A stretch of 64,000 nt of DNA from Frankiales bacterium. GTDB lineage: Bacteria > Actinomycetota > Actinomycetes > Mycobacteriales > SCTD01. The notes under the pieces were generated by a model, which did not search any database, was not told the DNA's origin, and saw only the letters and a program-made list of their open reading frames with translations. How positions within the stretch are numbered: position 1 is the first letter of the stretch; the number at the start of each line of letters is the position of its first letter. This document shows positions 10,279 through 18,780 of the stretch, piece after piece. The stretch covers positions 2,621-66,620 of the forward strand of contig JAODNS010000167.1 in the NCBI GenBank assembly GCA_025465145.1, given 5' to 3'. A program made the position numbers and the translations under genes.

Positions 10279-10298
10279 GTGCTTGCTGCAGCAAGCAC
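10279..10298. promoter_or_regulatory. Perfect 20-bp palindrome between the yjbR-like stop and the csbD-like start
   Basis: GTGCTTGCTGCAGCAAGCAC is its own reverse complement. It lies about 50-70 nt upstream of the csbD-like start and 3 nt after the yjbR-like stop. No U-tail follows it. Confidence 0.3.
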
Positions 10299-10300
10299 CT

Positions 10301-10663
10301 TCAGGCGCCGACCACCTGTGACCTGAGTCTCGCCGGCGCCACGGCCAGGTACGCCTCGCGCACCACCTCGTCCACCTCCGACCAGTCCGGGTCGAGGTCG
10401 ATGCGCACGCCGACCCAGCCGCGGGAGCCGACGTACGGCGGGACGAAGAAGCGCACCGGGTCCGCCGCGACGAGCTCCTCCTGTGCGCCCGGCGGGGCTG
10501 CTGCCCACAGCGCCAGCCGGCTGTCACCGTGGTGGTCGTCCATCACCATGACGAAGCACTTCTTGACGAAGAACGACGGCGCCCCGTGGCTGAGCCGCTC
10601 CGTCACCTCGGGCAGCGCGAGGCAGGTGCGCCGCACCCGTACGAGCTCGTCCATGCCGCGCAT
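10301..10663 (-). CDS. MmcQ/YjbR-family protein
   Basis: A 120-aa ORF. The sequence [27 protein letters not shown] ... [18 protein letters not shown] is the YjbR-like pattern. Confidence 0.75.
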   Translation of the reverse strand: MRGMDELVRVRRTCLALPEVTERLSHGAPSFFVKKCFVMVMDDHHGDSRLALWAAAPPGAQEELVAADPVRFFVPPYVGSRGWVGVRIDLDPDWSEVDEVVREAYLAVAPARLRSQVVGA

Positions 10664-10684
10664 CCTGCCCGGTTACGGTGCAGC

Positions 10685-11716
10685 ATGAGGGCGCTCCTGT
10701 ACGAGCAGTTCTCCGGCCCGCTCGAGGTGCGCGAGGTGCCGGACCCGACGCCGGCACCGGCGGGCGTGGTCGTGCGCGTCGGCGCGACCGGCGTGTGCCG
10801 CAGCGACTGGCACGGCTGGCAGGGGCACGACCCGGACATCGCACTGCCGCACGTGCCCGGGCACGAGCTCGCCGGCACCGTCGCCGCCGTCGGAGCCGAC
10901 GTCCGCCGGTGGCGGGTCGGCGACCGGGTGACCGTCCCGTTCGTGTGCGCGTGCGGCCGGTGCGCGCAGTGCGCGGCAGGCGAGCACCAGGTCTGCGCGG
11001 CGCAGTCGCAGCCCGGCTTCACGCACTGGGGCTCCTTCGCGGAGCTCGTCGCGCTGGACGCGGCCGACGTCAACCTCGTCGCGCTGCCGGACGAGCTGAC
11101 CTTCGCGACCGCGGCCTCGCTCGGCTGCCGCTACGCCACCGCGTTCCGCGCTGTCGTGCAGCAGGGGCGGGTACGGCCGGGCGAGTGGGTGGCCGTCCAC
11201 GGCTGCGGCGGCGTGGGGCTGTCCGCGGTGCAGGTCGCCGTCGCCGGGGGCGCGCGGGTGGTCGCCGTGGACATCAACGCAGGCGCGCTGAGCCTCGCGC
11301 AGGAGCTGGGGGCGGAGCAGGCGGTGGACGCGTCTCCCGCCGACGTGCCGCGAGCGGTGCGGGAGCTCACCGGCGGCGGGGCGCACCTGTCGCTGGACGC
11401 CCTCGGCAGCCCGGGCACGTGCGTCGGATCCGTGCTGTCGCTGCGCCCGCGCGGGCGGCACGTCCAGGTCGGGCTGCTGCCGCCGGAGCAGGGCCGGCCG
11501 CTGGTGCCGATGGATCGGGTGGTGGCGCTCGAGCTGGAGCTGTACGGCAGCCACGGGATGGCCGCGCACGCGTACCCGGAGCTGCTCGCGCTCGTCGCGC
11601 AGGGCCGGCTCCGCCCGGACCTGCTGCTCACCCGGGAGCTGTCGCTGGACGAGGCGGCGGACGCGCTGCGCGACGTGGGTCGGTCGCCGGGCATCGCCGT
11701 GGTCACGCGGTTCTGA
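10685..11716 (+). CDS. zinc-dependent alcohol dehydrogenase family oxidoreductase
   Basis: The internal ATG at 10685 gives [21 protein letters not shown]..., followed by [30 protein letters not shown] and [10 protein letters not shown] (MDR family with a Rossmann fold). Confidence 0.85.
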   Translation: MRALLYEQFSGPLEVREVPDPTPAPAGVVVRVGATGVCRSDWHGWQGHDPDIALPHVPGHELAGTVAAVGADVRRWRVGDRVTVPFVCACGRCAQCAAGEHQVCAAQSQPGFTHWGSFAELVALDAADVNLVALPDELTFATAASLGCRYATAFRAVVQQGRVRPGEWVAVHGCGGVGLSAVQVAVAGGARVVAVDINAGALSLAQELGAEQAVDASPADVPRAVRELTGGGAHLSLDALGSPGTCVGSVLSLRPRGRHVQVGLLPPEQGRPLVPMDRVVALELELYGSHGMAAHAYPELLALVAQGRLRPDLLLTRELSLDEAADALRDVGRSPGIAVVTRF

Positions 11717-11806
11717 ACTCCCAGCCAACTGACAGGTTCGGCAGGCTTCGTTCACAGGTACGCGTTGCACTCTGAGCAGGTCCCACCTGTCGCCCTGGAG
11801 GAACCC

Positions 11807-12427
11807 ATGCGCAAGAAGCTCGCCGTCGCTGCTCTCGCCGGAGGCCTCGGCCTGACCGGCGGGATGATCATCGGGCCTGCGGTCGCGACCGCGGAGACGG
11901 GTACGGCCACGGGCGTGGGCGGCCGGCTCGCTGCGATCAAGGACGCGCTCAAGGGCCTCGTCGACGACAAGACCATCACCCAGTCACAGGCGGACGCTGT
12001 CGCGAAGACGCTCGACCAGCGGCTCCCGCAGCGCGGTCCCGGTCGGCCGGGGCACTTCGGCGGGCCGCGCGCTGGCGGTGCGCACCTGCACCCCGAGGAC
12101 GTGGCCAAGGCGCTGGGCGTCTCGGTGGAGGAGCTGCGCACCCAGACCCGCGCGGGCAAGACGCTCGCGCAGATCGCCACGGCGAAGGGCATCAGCAAGG
12201 CGACGCTCGTCGACCGGCTCGTGACCGCCGCGAAGGCCGACATCGCGGAGGACGTCAAGGCGGGCCGGATGACCCAGGTGCAGGCCGATGCCGTGACGGA
12301 GGACCTCGCGACGAGGATCGGCGAGAAGGTCGACCGGGTCGCTCCGCCGCGGCGCGGGCATCACGACGACCAGGAGGCGCCGGCGGCGCCCGGCGACGCG
12401 GCGCCGTCGGGCTACCGGACCGCGTAG
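11807..12427 (+). CDS. secreted protein of unknown function with an internal TQxQADAV repeat
   Basis: GGAGG precedes the ATG at 11807. The signal peptide is MRKKLAVAALAGGLGLTGGMIIGPAVATA. The repeated segments are ITQSQADAVAKTLDQRL and MTQVQADAVTEDLATRI. Confidence 0.55.
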   Translation: MRKKLAVAALAGGLGLTGGMIIGPAVATAETGTATGVGGRLAAIKDALKGLVDDKTITQSQADAVAKTLDQRLPQRGPGRPGHFGGPRAGGAHLHPEDVAKALGVSVEELRTQTRAGKTLAQIATAKGISKATLVDRLVTAAKADIAEDVKAGRMTQVQADAVTEDLATRIGEKVDRVAPPRRGHHDDQEAPAAPGDAAPSGYRTA

Positions 12428-13272
12428 CGGGCCAGCGCCACGAGCAGGTGCGTGCCGCCGTCGAGGGCGCCCGGCTCGCGGCAGCACTCCTCCTCGTTGT
12501 CGAGGAACCTGGCCCACAGCGCCGGGTCCGCCTCCAGCTCCGCCAGCGCCTCGGGATCCGCGAGCGAGCCCCAGTTGCTGGCCAGCGCGTCCAGCACCCG
12601 GCCGCCCTGCGCGTGCACGAGCGCGACCAGCTCGGCGTGCCGGAACATCCTGCACAGGTGCTGCCCGCTCCCCGGCGGCTGCGTCTCCCGCAGGTCGCCC
12701 GTGTGCAGGATCCGGTCTGTGGCGTCGGGTCCGTAGCTCCTCATCAGCCCGACCACGCCGGGCAGGAACTGCCGGTACGCACCCAGCGTCGACATGACGG
12801 ACGCGAGCACCGGGCCGCCCGGCGCGACCACCCGCAGCAGCTCGCCGACGGCGTCGCCGGCGCGGTCGAACGCGTACGAGATCGGTCCTCCGTACGCCAC
12901 CGCGGCGTCGAACTCCGCTGTGCCGTAGGCGTTCAGGTCGCACACGTCGGCCAGCGCCCGCGCCTCCACCGCCTGCTCGGCGCCGGCCTCCGCGACGTGC
13001 GCGGCGTTGAGCTCGAGCTGCACGGGGCTCAGGTCGGTGACGACCACCCGGGCTCCCAATGCGGCCAGCTCGACGGTGAACCGACCGGGGCCGGCGCCCA
13101 CCTCCAGCACGCGCATGCCCGGCCGGACGAAGCGTGCGAGCAGCCGCCGGTGCAGCTCGAAGGACACGCGGCCCGCGGGGCTCTCCGCGAGCCGCTCCCA
13201 CTCGCCCTCGCCGAACGCGTCGAAGTAGCTGCGCACCGCCTCGACGGAGGCCTCGTGGTCGTGGCTGGCCAT
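12412..13272 (-). CDS. class I SAM-dependent methyltransferase
   Basis: The internal start MASHDHEASVEAVRSYFD at 13272 is followed by the SAM-binding motif RVLEVGAGPGRFT. The 784-aa ORF in the track is a read-through composite. Confidence 0.8.
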   Translation of the reverse strand: MASHDHEASVEAVRSYFDAFGEGEWERLAESPAGRVSFELHRRLLARFVRPGMRVLEVGAGPGRFTVELAALGARVVVTDLSPVQLELNAAHVAEAGAEQAVEARALADVCDLNAYGTAEFDAAVAYGGPISYAFDRAGDAVGELLRVVAPGGPVLASVMSTLGAYRQFLPGVVGLMRSYGPDATDRILHTGDLRETQPPGSGQHLCRMFRHAELVALVHAQGGRVLDALASNWGSLADPEALAELEADPALWARFLDNEEECCREPGALDGGTHLLVALARYAVR

Positions 13273-13637
13273 CAGCGGAGGAAGGCGTCGTCGGGCAGGT
13301 CGCACGCGCGGGCTGCGTCGCGGGCGTCGGTCCGCGCCTTTCCGGCGAGGTCTCTCGCGTCCGTCCCCCGCTCGAGCGCCTGGTCGATCGCGTGCAGCCG
13401 CTGGTGCAGCCGAACGACGGACTCGTGCAGCGCGGGTGAGGCGCGCTGCGTCACCCGCGGGTCGAGCCTGGTCCCGACCTGCTGCGCCTGCTCGCGGGTC
13501 GGGACGCCGCTCAGGCCCGTGCCCACCAGGTCCGCCTTCAGCGCGGTGCACAGCTCGGCGCTGCCGACCTCGTCCTCGCCCAGCCCGCAGCCGGAGAGCA
13601 GCACGGCGACGAGCAGGAGACCGGCACGGGACAGCAC
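13272..13637 (-). CDS. putative lipoprotein
   Basis: A 121-aa ORF. The signal peptide ends in a lipobox-like sequence (LLLVAVLLSGC). Confidence 0.6.
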   Translation of the reverse strand: MLSRAGLLLVAVLLSGCGLGEDEVGSAELCTALKADLVGTGLSGVPTREQAQQVGTRLDPRVTQRASPALHESVVRLHQRLHAIDQALERGTDARDLAGKARTDARDAARACDLPDDAFLR

Positions 13638-13661
13638 CGCGCGATCCTCCCGTACCGACCG

Positions 13662-14588
13662 TCAGATGCGCTCGACCCGGTCGGCCTGCGGGCCGCGGTC
13701 GCTGCTGCGCACCTTGTAGCGGACGCGGTCGCCCTTCTGCAGCGGCTCGGCGCCGCCGAGCACGGAGATGTGCACGAACAGGTCGGCGCCGCCGGCGTCG
13801 GGCGTGATGAAGCCGAAGCCGCGCTCCGCGTCGTAGCGGGCGACCACACCCTCTCCCGCGCGGGCAGGGGCGTCCGGCTTCGCCGGTGCCGAGGCCCCGG
13901 TGTCCTCGGGCACCGCGCTGTGCACGAGGTGCAGGTCGCGCGCCTGCGGGCCCTTGTCGGACTGGACCACGTCGAACATCACGCGGTCCCCCTCCGTCAG
14001 CCAGGTGAGGCCTTCCGCGAGAGCGCGCACGTGCACGAACACGTCCTCGCCGCCGGCGTCGGGGGTGACGAAGCCGAAGCCCTTGCTCTCGTCGAACCAC
14101 GAGACCGTGCCGTCGGCGCCGTCGTCCGTGGACGCGGTGGCCTCGGCGGCAGCACCGGGACCGAGCGGGACGAGGTGCTCCGCCTGCGGACCGCGCTCGC
14201 CCTCGCCGATGAGGAAGGCCACCCGCTGTCCGGCCGTCACGACGCCACCGGTGACGATGGCCGAGCTGTGCACGAAAACCTCCGAGCCGCCGCCGTCGGG
14301 CAGCGCGAAGCCGTACCCCTTGGCCGGCTCGTACCAGGAGATGCTGCCGAGAACGCCGACCGGCGTGTCCGCCGCGACCTCGCCGGTTGTGCGGACGCGA
14401 CGCGCCTGGGGGCCGCGGTCGCCCTCGCCGAGCTCGTACTCCACGACCTGGCCCTCGCGCAGCAGCCGCGCGCGGCCGTCGCCGGTGATCTCCGACGCGT
14501 GCACGAACAGGTCGGCGCTGCCGTCCTCCGGCGCGAGGAAGCCGAAGCCCCGCTCTGGGTCGAACCAGCGGACGGTTCCCTGCGGCAC
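13662..14588 (-). CDS. cold-shock-domain protein with four tandem CSDs
   Basis: A GTG at 14586-14588 (GGAG lies 8 nt upstream) gives [17 protein letters not shown]. There are four units of about 65 aa, each with GFGF/GYGF (RNP1-like) and [LV]FVH (RNP2-like): [63 protein letters not shown] and [21 protein letters not shown]. Confidence 0.85.
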   Translation of the reverse strand: MPQGTVRWFDPERGFGFLAPEDGSADLFVHASEITGDGRARLLREGQVVEYELGEGDRGPQARRVRTTGEVAADTPVGVLGSISWYEPAKGYGFALPDGGGSEVFVHSSAIVTGGVVTAGQRVAFLIGEGERGPQAEHLVPLGPGAAAEATASTDDGADGTVSWFDESKGFGFVTPDAGGEDVFVHVRALAEGLTWLTEGDRVMFDVVQSDKGPQARDLHLVHSAVPEDTGASAPAKPDAPARAGEGVVARYDAERGFGFITPDAGGADLFVHISVLGGAEPLQKGDRVRYKVRSSDRGPQADRVERI

Positions 14589-14697
14589 GGGATGCTCCAA
14601 GTCGGGAGTACGGGTACGGCTCGAGTCTGGCCGATGCTCCGGCAGCAGACGAGGCCCCTCCCGCCGGAGCGGGAAGAGTTCTGTCCTGCGGGCTCCG

Positions 14698-15098
14698 GGT
14701 GGAGCTGAGGGGACTCGAACCCCTGGCCCCCACACTCTGCCAGACAGGCCTGTACAGGCGCACCAACAGTAGTTTTCGTTAGTTCCCAGGCGGTTTGGTT
14801 CGGGCGGGTGGGGTCTATCGAGGCCCAATTGACCGTGGATCGGGCACGCAGCGGGCAGGGCACGTTGGCCCTCACGACCCAGGTGGATCTCCCTGCGACC
14901 ACCACCCTGCCGCCGGCTCGACCTCCTGCGAAGGGCCGTTCGCAGGAGCGAGCGACGGCGTAAGCCCGAACCGGCACCGTGGCGGCGCGCGCTAGCTCTC
15001 GACGTACGAAAGCACGCCCGCCCGAACGGGGGCAGTCCGGACCCGCGGCGAAACGGCGCTGCGGGCGAGAGGGCTTGCGGAGACAGCGCGTCGGCCCC
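14698..15098 (-). ncRNA. tmRNA-like RNA locus (candidate divergent or decayed ssrA)
   Basis: The minus-strand 3' end reads GGGGGCC-AGGGG-UUCGAGU-CCCCU-CAGCUCC-ACC. That is a T-arm plus a tmRNA-type acceptor 3' strand. A possible 5' strand, GGGGCCG, lies about 400 nt upstream with one mismatch. The gene-free interval is tmRNA-sized. I found no canonical tag ORF ending LAA-stop and no UUCGAC element, and smpB is not adjacent. Confidence 0.4.
14825..14865. repeat. Copy 1 of a conserved ~41-nt element (31-nt core, 29/31 identical to 28325-28355)
   Basis: The core gtggatcgggcacgcagcgggcagggcacgt (14835-14865) compares with gtggatcggccacgcagcgggcacggcacgt (28325-28355). Both are in the same orientation and both are preceded by a ccaa(a)tt segment. 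Confidence 0.6.
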
Positions 15099-15117
15099 GC
15101 CAAGGGTAGGAGTCCAG

Positions 15118-15621
15118 CTAGCTGGCCTCGTCGCACGGCGCGGCGCCAGCGGTCTCGCTGTGACCAGCCATCTGCTGCAGCGCAAGAGTGATGGCGCGGA
15201 GGTCCACGCCGTCGAGGTGGTCGAATATGCGCCGCCGCACGCTGGCCAGGTGTGCTGGCCAGGCATCTTGAAGGCGGCGGTGCCCCCGTTCGGTCAGGAC
15301 TGCGTACCAGCCGCGGCCGTCATCGGCTGACCGCTCGCGTGTGACCAGACCGTCGCGGTCGAGGTTGCTGACGATGCGTGTCATGCCAGACAGCGATATG
15401 GCCGCCGCACCGGCGAGTTCGCTCATCCGCAGCCGACAGCCTGGGGCTTCGGACAGGTGCATGAGCACGAAGTACTCGCTCTGGGCCAGCTGCTTCTCTC
15501 GAAGGAGGTCGGCATCAAGAGCACGCGGGACGGCGATGAGAGCTCGCGCGAAAGCGCGAATGAACGCCTCCTCCGTGCGGCTCAACGGGCGGCGCGTCGT
15601 CGCGGTCCGCCTTGTCGCCAT
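15118..15621 (-). CDS. MarR-family transcriptional regulator
   Basis: A 167-aa ORF. The sequence [69 protein letters not shown] is a MarR winged helix. Confidence 0.85.
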   Translation of the reverse strand: MATRRTATTRRPLSRTEEAFIRAFARALIAVPRALDADLLREKQLAQSEYFVLMHLSEAPGCRLRMSELAGAAAISLSGMTRIVSNLDRDGLVTRERSADDGRGWYAVLTERGHRRLQDAWPAHLASVRRRIFDHLDGVDLRAITLALQQMAGHSETAGAAPCDEAS

Positions 15622-15630
15622 GAGTCATTT

Positions 15631-15734
15631 TACTTCACAGGTGAAGAACTGGAACCAGTTTTGAAGTCGCTTGTGTACTTGACGCGTGAACTACTTGTGA
15701 TGCAGAGTTACTTCACGCGGGAAGTACCTGTCAC
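15631..15734. promoter_or_regulatory. AT-rich divergent promoter/operator region with palindromes and a TACTTSAC-type direct-repeat array
   Basis: Palindromes: CTTCAC-AG-GTGAAG (15633-15646), AACTGG-AA-CCAGTT (15647-15660) and TACTTC-ACGCGG-GAAGTA (15709-15726). Direct repeats: TACTTCAC (15631), TACTTGAC (15676), TACTTGTG (15692), TACTTCAC (15709) and TACCTGTCAC (15725). The last four are spaced 16-17 bp apart. Confidence 0.45.
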
Positions 15735-15756
15735 CTGACTGGAGCGAGCGACGACC

Positions 15757-16338
15757 ATGCCCAAGATCGCGATCATCCTCGGCAGCACCCGCCCCGGCCG
15801 CAACGGCGAGCAGGTCGCGCGCTGGGTCCTCGACCACGCCACGGCCCGCCACGACGCACAGTTCGAGCTTGTCGACCTGGCTGACTTCCCCCTGCCGCAC
15901 CTGGACGAGGCAATCCCGCCGTCGATGGGGCAGTACCAGAACGAGCACACCCAGAGGTGGGCCGCCAAGATCAGCTCCTACGACGGCTTCGTCATCGTGA
16001 CCCCCGAGTACAACCACGGCACCTCAGGGGTGCTCAAGAACGCCATCGACTACCTGTACGCCGAGTGGAACAACAAGGCGGTGGGTTTCGTCTCCTACGG
16101 CAGTGTCGGCGGGGCCCGTGCCGTCGAGCACTTGCGCCTGGTCGCCGGAGAGCTGCAGATGGCCGACGTCCGCCAGCAGGTCACCCTCTCGCTCGTCACC
16201 GAGTTCGAGAACTACTCAATGTTCAAGCCCGGCGACTACAACATCCCGGCCCTCACGACCCTGCTCGACCAGGTTGTCGCCTGGAGCAACGCCCTCGCGC
16301 CCCTGCGCGCTGCCAGCGCCGCCACCGCGGCTGCCTGA
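15757..16338 (+). CDS. NAD(P)H-dependent FMN reductase (flavodoxin-like fold)
   Basis: A 193-aa ORF. The sequences MPKIAIILGSTRPGRNGEQVARWV ... GFVIVTPEYNHGTSGVLKNAIDYLY are the typical FMN reductase pattern. Confidence 0.85.
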   Translation: MPKIAIILGSTRPGRNGEQVARWVLDHATARHDAQFELVDLADFPLPHLDEAIPPSMGQYQNEHTQRWAAKISSYDGFVIVTPEYNHGTSGVLKNAIDYLYAEWNNKAVGFVSYGSVGGARAVEHLRLVAGELQMADVRQQVTLSLVTEFENYSMFKPGDYNIPALTTLLDQVVAWSNALAPLRAASAATAAA

Positions 16339-16423
16339 ACGACCGGCACGAGGCGGGCAAGTCCCGTTCTCATCGCCGATGACCAGTAGCGGTCTTCGTC
16401 ACCGGCAGGCTGCTGCGGGAACA

Positions 16424-16431
16424 TTGGTCCA
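16424..16431 (+). promoter_or_regulatory. TTGGTCCA motif, site 1 of 4 (upstream of the LLM gene)
   Basis: acaTTGGTCCAcggg lies about 120 nt upstream of the 16549 start. Its orientation relative to the downstream gene is the same as at the other three sites. Confidence 0.35.
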
Positions 16432-16548
16432 CGGGTCTCGGCTCGACGGGTGCGACGCCGTCGACGAGGCCGTGCTGCCTGCTCCGTCTCCCCATGATCA
16501 CGAACGCGCCCTGCTTCGGGGCGATCCAGAACCAGTGAGGACACCCCC

Positions 16549-17589
16549 GTGCTGATCGGCATCGACAGCTTCGTCTCCGTCGTCACCGACCCAGCCACAG
16601 GCGTGGACGTGACCGGCGCGGAGCGGGTGCGACACCTGCTTGAGGAGGTCGAGACCGCTGACCGGGTCGGGCTCGACACCTACGGCATCGGCGAGCAGCA
16701 CCGCGCGGAGTACATGGACTCCGCTTCCGCCGTGCTGCTAGCCGCCGCCGCCGCCCGCACCACGCAGATCCGACTCAACAGCGCCGTCACCGTTTTGTCG
16801 GCCGCCGACCCTGTGCGGGTCTTCCAGGAGTTCGCGACGCTCGACCTGGTGTCGCAGGGGCGCATCGACCTCGTCGTCGGACGCGGCTCGTTCACAGAGT
16901 CGTTCCCGCTGTTCGGGTTGCCGCTGGAGGAGTACGACGCCCTGTTCGCCGAGAAGCTCGAGCTGCTGCTGGCCCTGCGCGAGGCTCCCGAAGTGACCTG
17001 GTCGGGCCGCTTCCGCGCGCCGCTGACGGGCCAGGGGGTCTACCCGCGGCCGCTGCAGAACCCGCTGCCCGTATGGGTCGGGGTCGGGGGGACGCCGCAG
17101 TCGTTCGTCAGAGCCGGCCTTCTCGGGCTGCCGCTCATGGTTGCCATCATCGGCGGACAGCCGGCACGGTTCCGCCAGCTGGTCGACCTCTACCGCCAGG
17201 CCGGGGCCGAGGCCGGCCACCCGCCGGAGCAGCTGCAGGTTGGCGTGCACGCGTTCGGCTACGTCGCCGAGACCGACGCGAAGGCCCGGGACGACTGCTA
17301 CCCGGGCTGGGCGCAGATGATGACCAAGATCGGGCGCGAGCGCGGCTTCGGGCCACCCGTCCGCTCGCAGTTCGACGGGATGTGCGGACCCGACGGTGCC
17401 TTCCTCATCGGCAGCCCCGAGACGGTCGCTGCCAAGGCTGTCCGCATGCACGACGACCTCGGCGGCTTGGCCCGCCTGTCCCTGCAGATGACCAACGTGC
17501 GCCTCGCCCACGTCGACCTGCTGCGCAGCATCGAGCTGCTCGGCAACGAAGCCGCTCCGCGCGCTCGTGCGGCCCTCAGCGCGCGCTGA
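16549..17589 (+). CDS. LLM-class (luciferase-like) flavin-dependent oxidoreductase
   Basis: A 346-aa ORF with GLDTYGIGEQHR, RLNSAVTVLSAADPVRVFQEFATLDLVSQGRIDLVVGRG and PVWVGVGGTPQS, typical of luciferase-like monooxygenases. It is paired with the upstream FMN reductase. Confidence 0.85.
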   Translation: MLIGIDSFVSVVTDPATGVDVTGAERVRHLLEEVETADRVGLDTYGIGEQHRAEYMDSASAVLLAAAAARTTQIRLNSAVTVLSAADPVRVFQEFATLDLVSQGRIDLVVGRGSFTESFPLFGLPLEEYDALFAEKLELLLALREAPEVTWSGRFRAPLTGQGVYPRPLQNPLPVWVGVGGTPQSFVRAGLLGLPLMVAIIGGQPARFRQLVDLYRQAGAEAGHPPEQLQVGVHAFGYVAETDAKARDDCYPGWAQMMTKIGRERGFGPPVRSQFDGMCGPDGAFLIGSPETVAAKAVRMHDDLGGLARLSLQMTNVRLAHVDLLRSIELLGNEAAPRARAALSAR

Positions 17590-17939
17590 CCGGACCTGCC
17601 GCCTCGACGAGGGTGGCGAGCCGGTTCGGGGCAGTACAGCTAGCCGGCCCCGCTCGACTCGCTGGTCGACACCGCAGCCCCTCGACCGTCGTCGACACGC
17701 GAGGAGCCGCCACGCAGTCGATGCACAAGCTCCCACGGCGCCGCCAGCGTGAGCCCTCGCCTTGCTCGTCGCCGCCCAGCGCTCGGCGAGCACCTGGTGG
17801 AGTCCGCCGCTCCCCGACACCTAACCGCCACCACCTGAGAGCCGCGCGCCATGCCTGCCGTCACCGTCGAGAACACCCTCCTCCTGCCCCGCGTCCCACC
17901 ACCTGGCCTCGGCGACGTCGAGCGGCCCGTGCTCTGCAC

Positions 17940-18255
17940 GCCGGCGCCGGCGCCGGCCAGATCAACAACATCGCCGTGCAGGACATCTGCCCCGCCGACA
18001 CCTCCGACCACCCTCGCGATGGGCAGCTACGACAACGTCGGCTACGCCCTCGCGATGGACGCCTTCAAGCACGCCGACCCGGCCCGGGCAGCCCGGATCA
18101 GCGGGTCGGTCTGCACAAGCCCCCTGCAGCCCGGCGTCAACCCCGTAACGTTCCCGCTGGACTACGCCGGCTACGGCCAGCAGGTCGGAACGACGCTACT
18201 CACAGCGCCGCGAGTGACCGCAGAGCCCCCGCTGCCGGCATACGCACGGGGCTGA
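17940..18255 (+). pseudogene. C-terminal remnant of a secreted lipase/esterase gene (truncated and frameshifted)
   Basis: GQINNIAVQDICPADTSDH is in one frame. After an extra C in the run caccctc (about 18007), the sequence continues in the next frame as LAMGSYDNVGYALAMDAFKH.... This resembles the C-terminus of actinobacterial lipases (VQDxCPxDxxxH..YD). No intact N-terminal catalytic part is present upstream. Confidence 0.55.
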
Positions 18256-18600
18256 ACGCCCGCCCTCCAAAGGCGCCATAAGGGTGGTCAAGGCCCCGTT
18301 GCAGCAGCCATCGTGAGCACGCGATCCGCAACAGGGGTTGGGCGGCCGAACCAGCGGCATGAGCGTGCGTAACGGTGCGTCCGCGGCTCACGGTGTGGCG
18401 CAGGACGACGCCGAGCCCCCGCCCGGCCCGGCCCGGCTTGGCGTCACGCGGCCGCGACTATAAGTGGCTGCGACGAACTGCTACAACCGATAGGACGTTA
18501 CCGACAGCACCCCCGAGGTATCGCCTGCGCTCGGAGACGATCCGGCGAGGTCGCGTGCCGTCGCTTACGGCCTCGCGGCGTTGACGACATCGACCAGAAG

Positions 18601-18780
18601 GTGATCGAACACGTACAGGAGTACGACTTCGTCACCAACCGCACCATCCAGCGCCTGTTCGATATCAGCGTGTATGCCGCGCGCAACATGCTGGCCGAGA
18701 TGCGCGGACGGGGGCTACTGGAGAAGATCGGCGAAGCGCGCGGCGGTCCGACGAACCGCACCTCGGCGAACCGGCGCAGA
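18601..18780 (+). pseudogene. possible winged-helix DNA-binding domain remnant
   Basis: VIEHVQEYDFVTNRTIQRLFDISVYAARNMLAEMRGRGLLEKIGEARGG resembles the C-terminal wHTH of AlbA_2/HATPase_c_4-type regulators. There is no upstream domain, and local GC content is lower. Confidence 0.3.

Noticed and set aside
10664-10684. A 21-bp gap between the divergent yjbR-like and ADH starts, considered as a special regulatory element.
   Set aside because: The gap is too short to analyse, and no repeat or dyad is visible. It probably reflects leaderless or overlapping promoters, or a mis-assigned start codon. The alternative ATG at 10654 would widen the gap.
14698-14780. A canonical tRNA gene ending at 14698 on the minus strand.
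   Set aside because: The T-arm and 3' acceptor strand are present. However, no complementary 5' acceptor strand (GGAGCUG), no anticodon arm with U33, and no D-arm can be placed within 100 nt.
14698-15098. RNase P RNA, suggested by GCAGGGUGGUGG and CCCACCCG segments; also an E. coli-like tag, because the sequence AACGAAAACUAC (NENY) appears.
   Set aside because: The universal RNase P CR-I (GAGGAAAGUCCGG) and CR-V (ACAGAAnCCGGCUUA) elements are absent, and RNase P RNA has no T-arm/acceptor end. The NENY stretch lies directly before the 3' tRNA-like end, has no stop codon, and is in the wrong position for a tag. I treat it as coincidence.
12412-15266. The 784-aa (12412-14766) and 534-aa (13662-15266) minus-strand ORFs, taken as single large proteins.
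   Set aside because: Only the C-terminal parts look like real proteins (the methyltransferase from 13272 and the 4xCSD protein from 14588). The upstream portions are Arg/Gly-rich read-through across other genes and the tmRNA-like locus.
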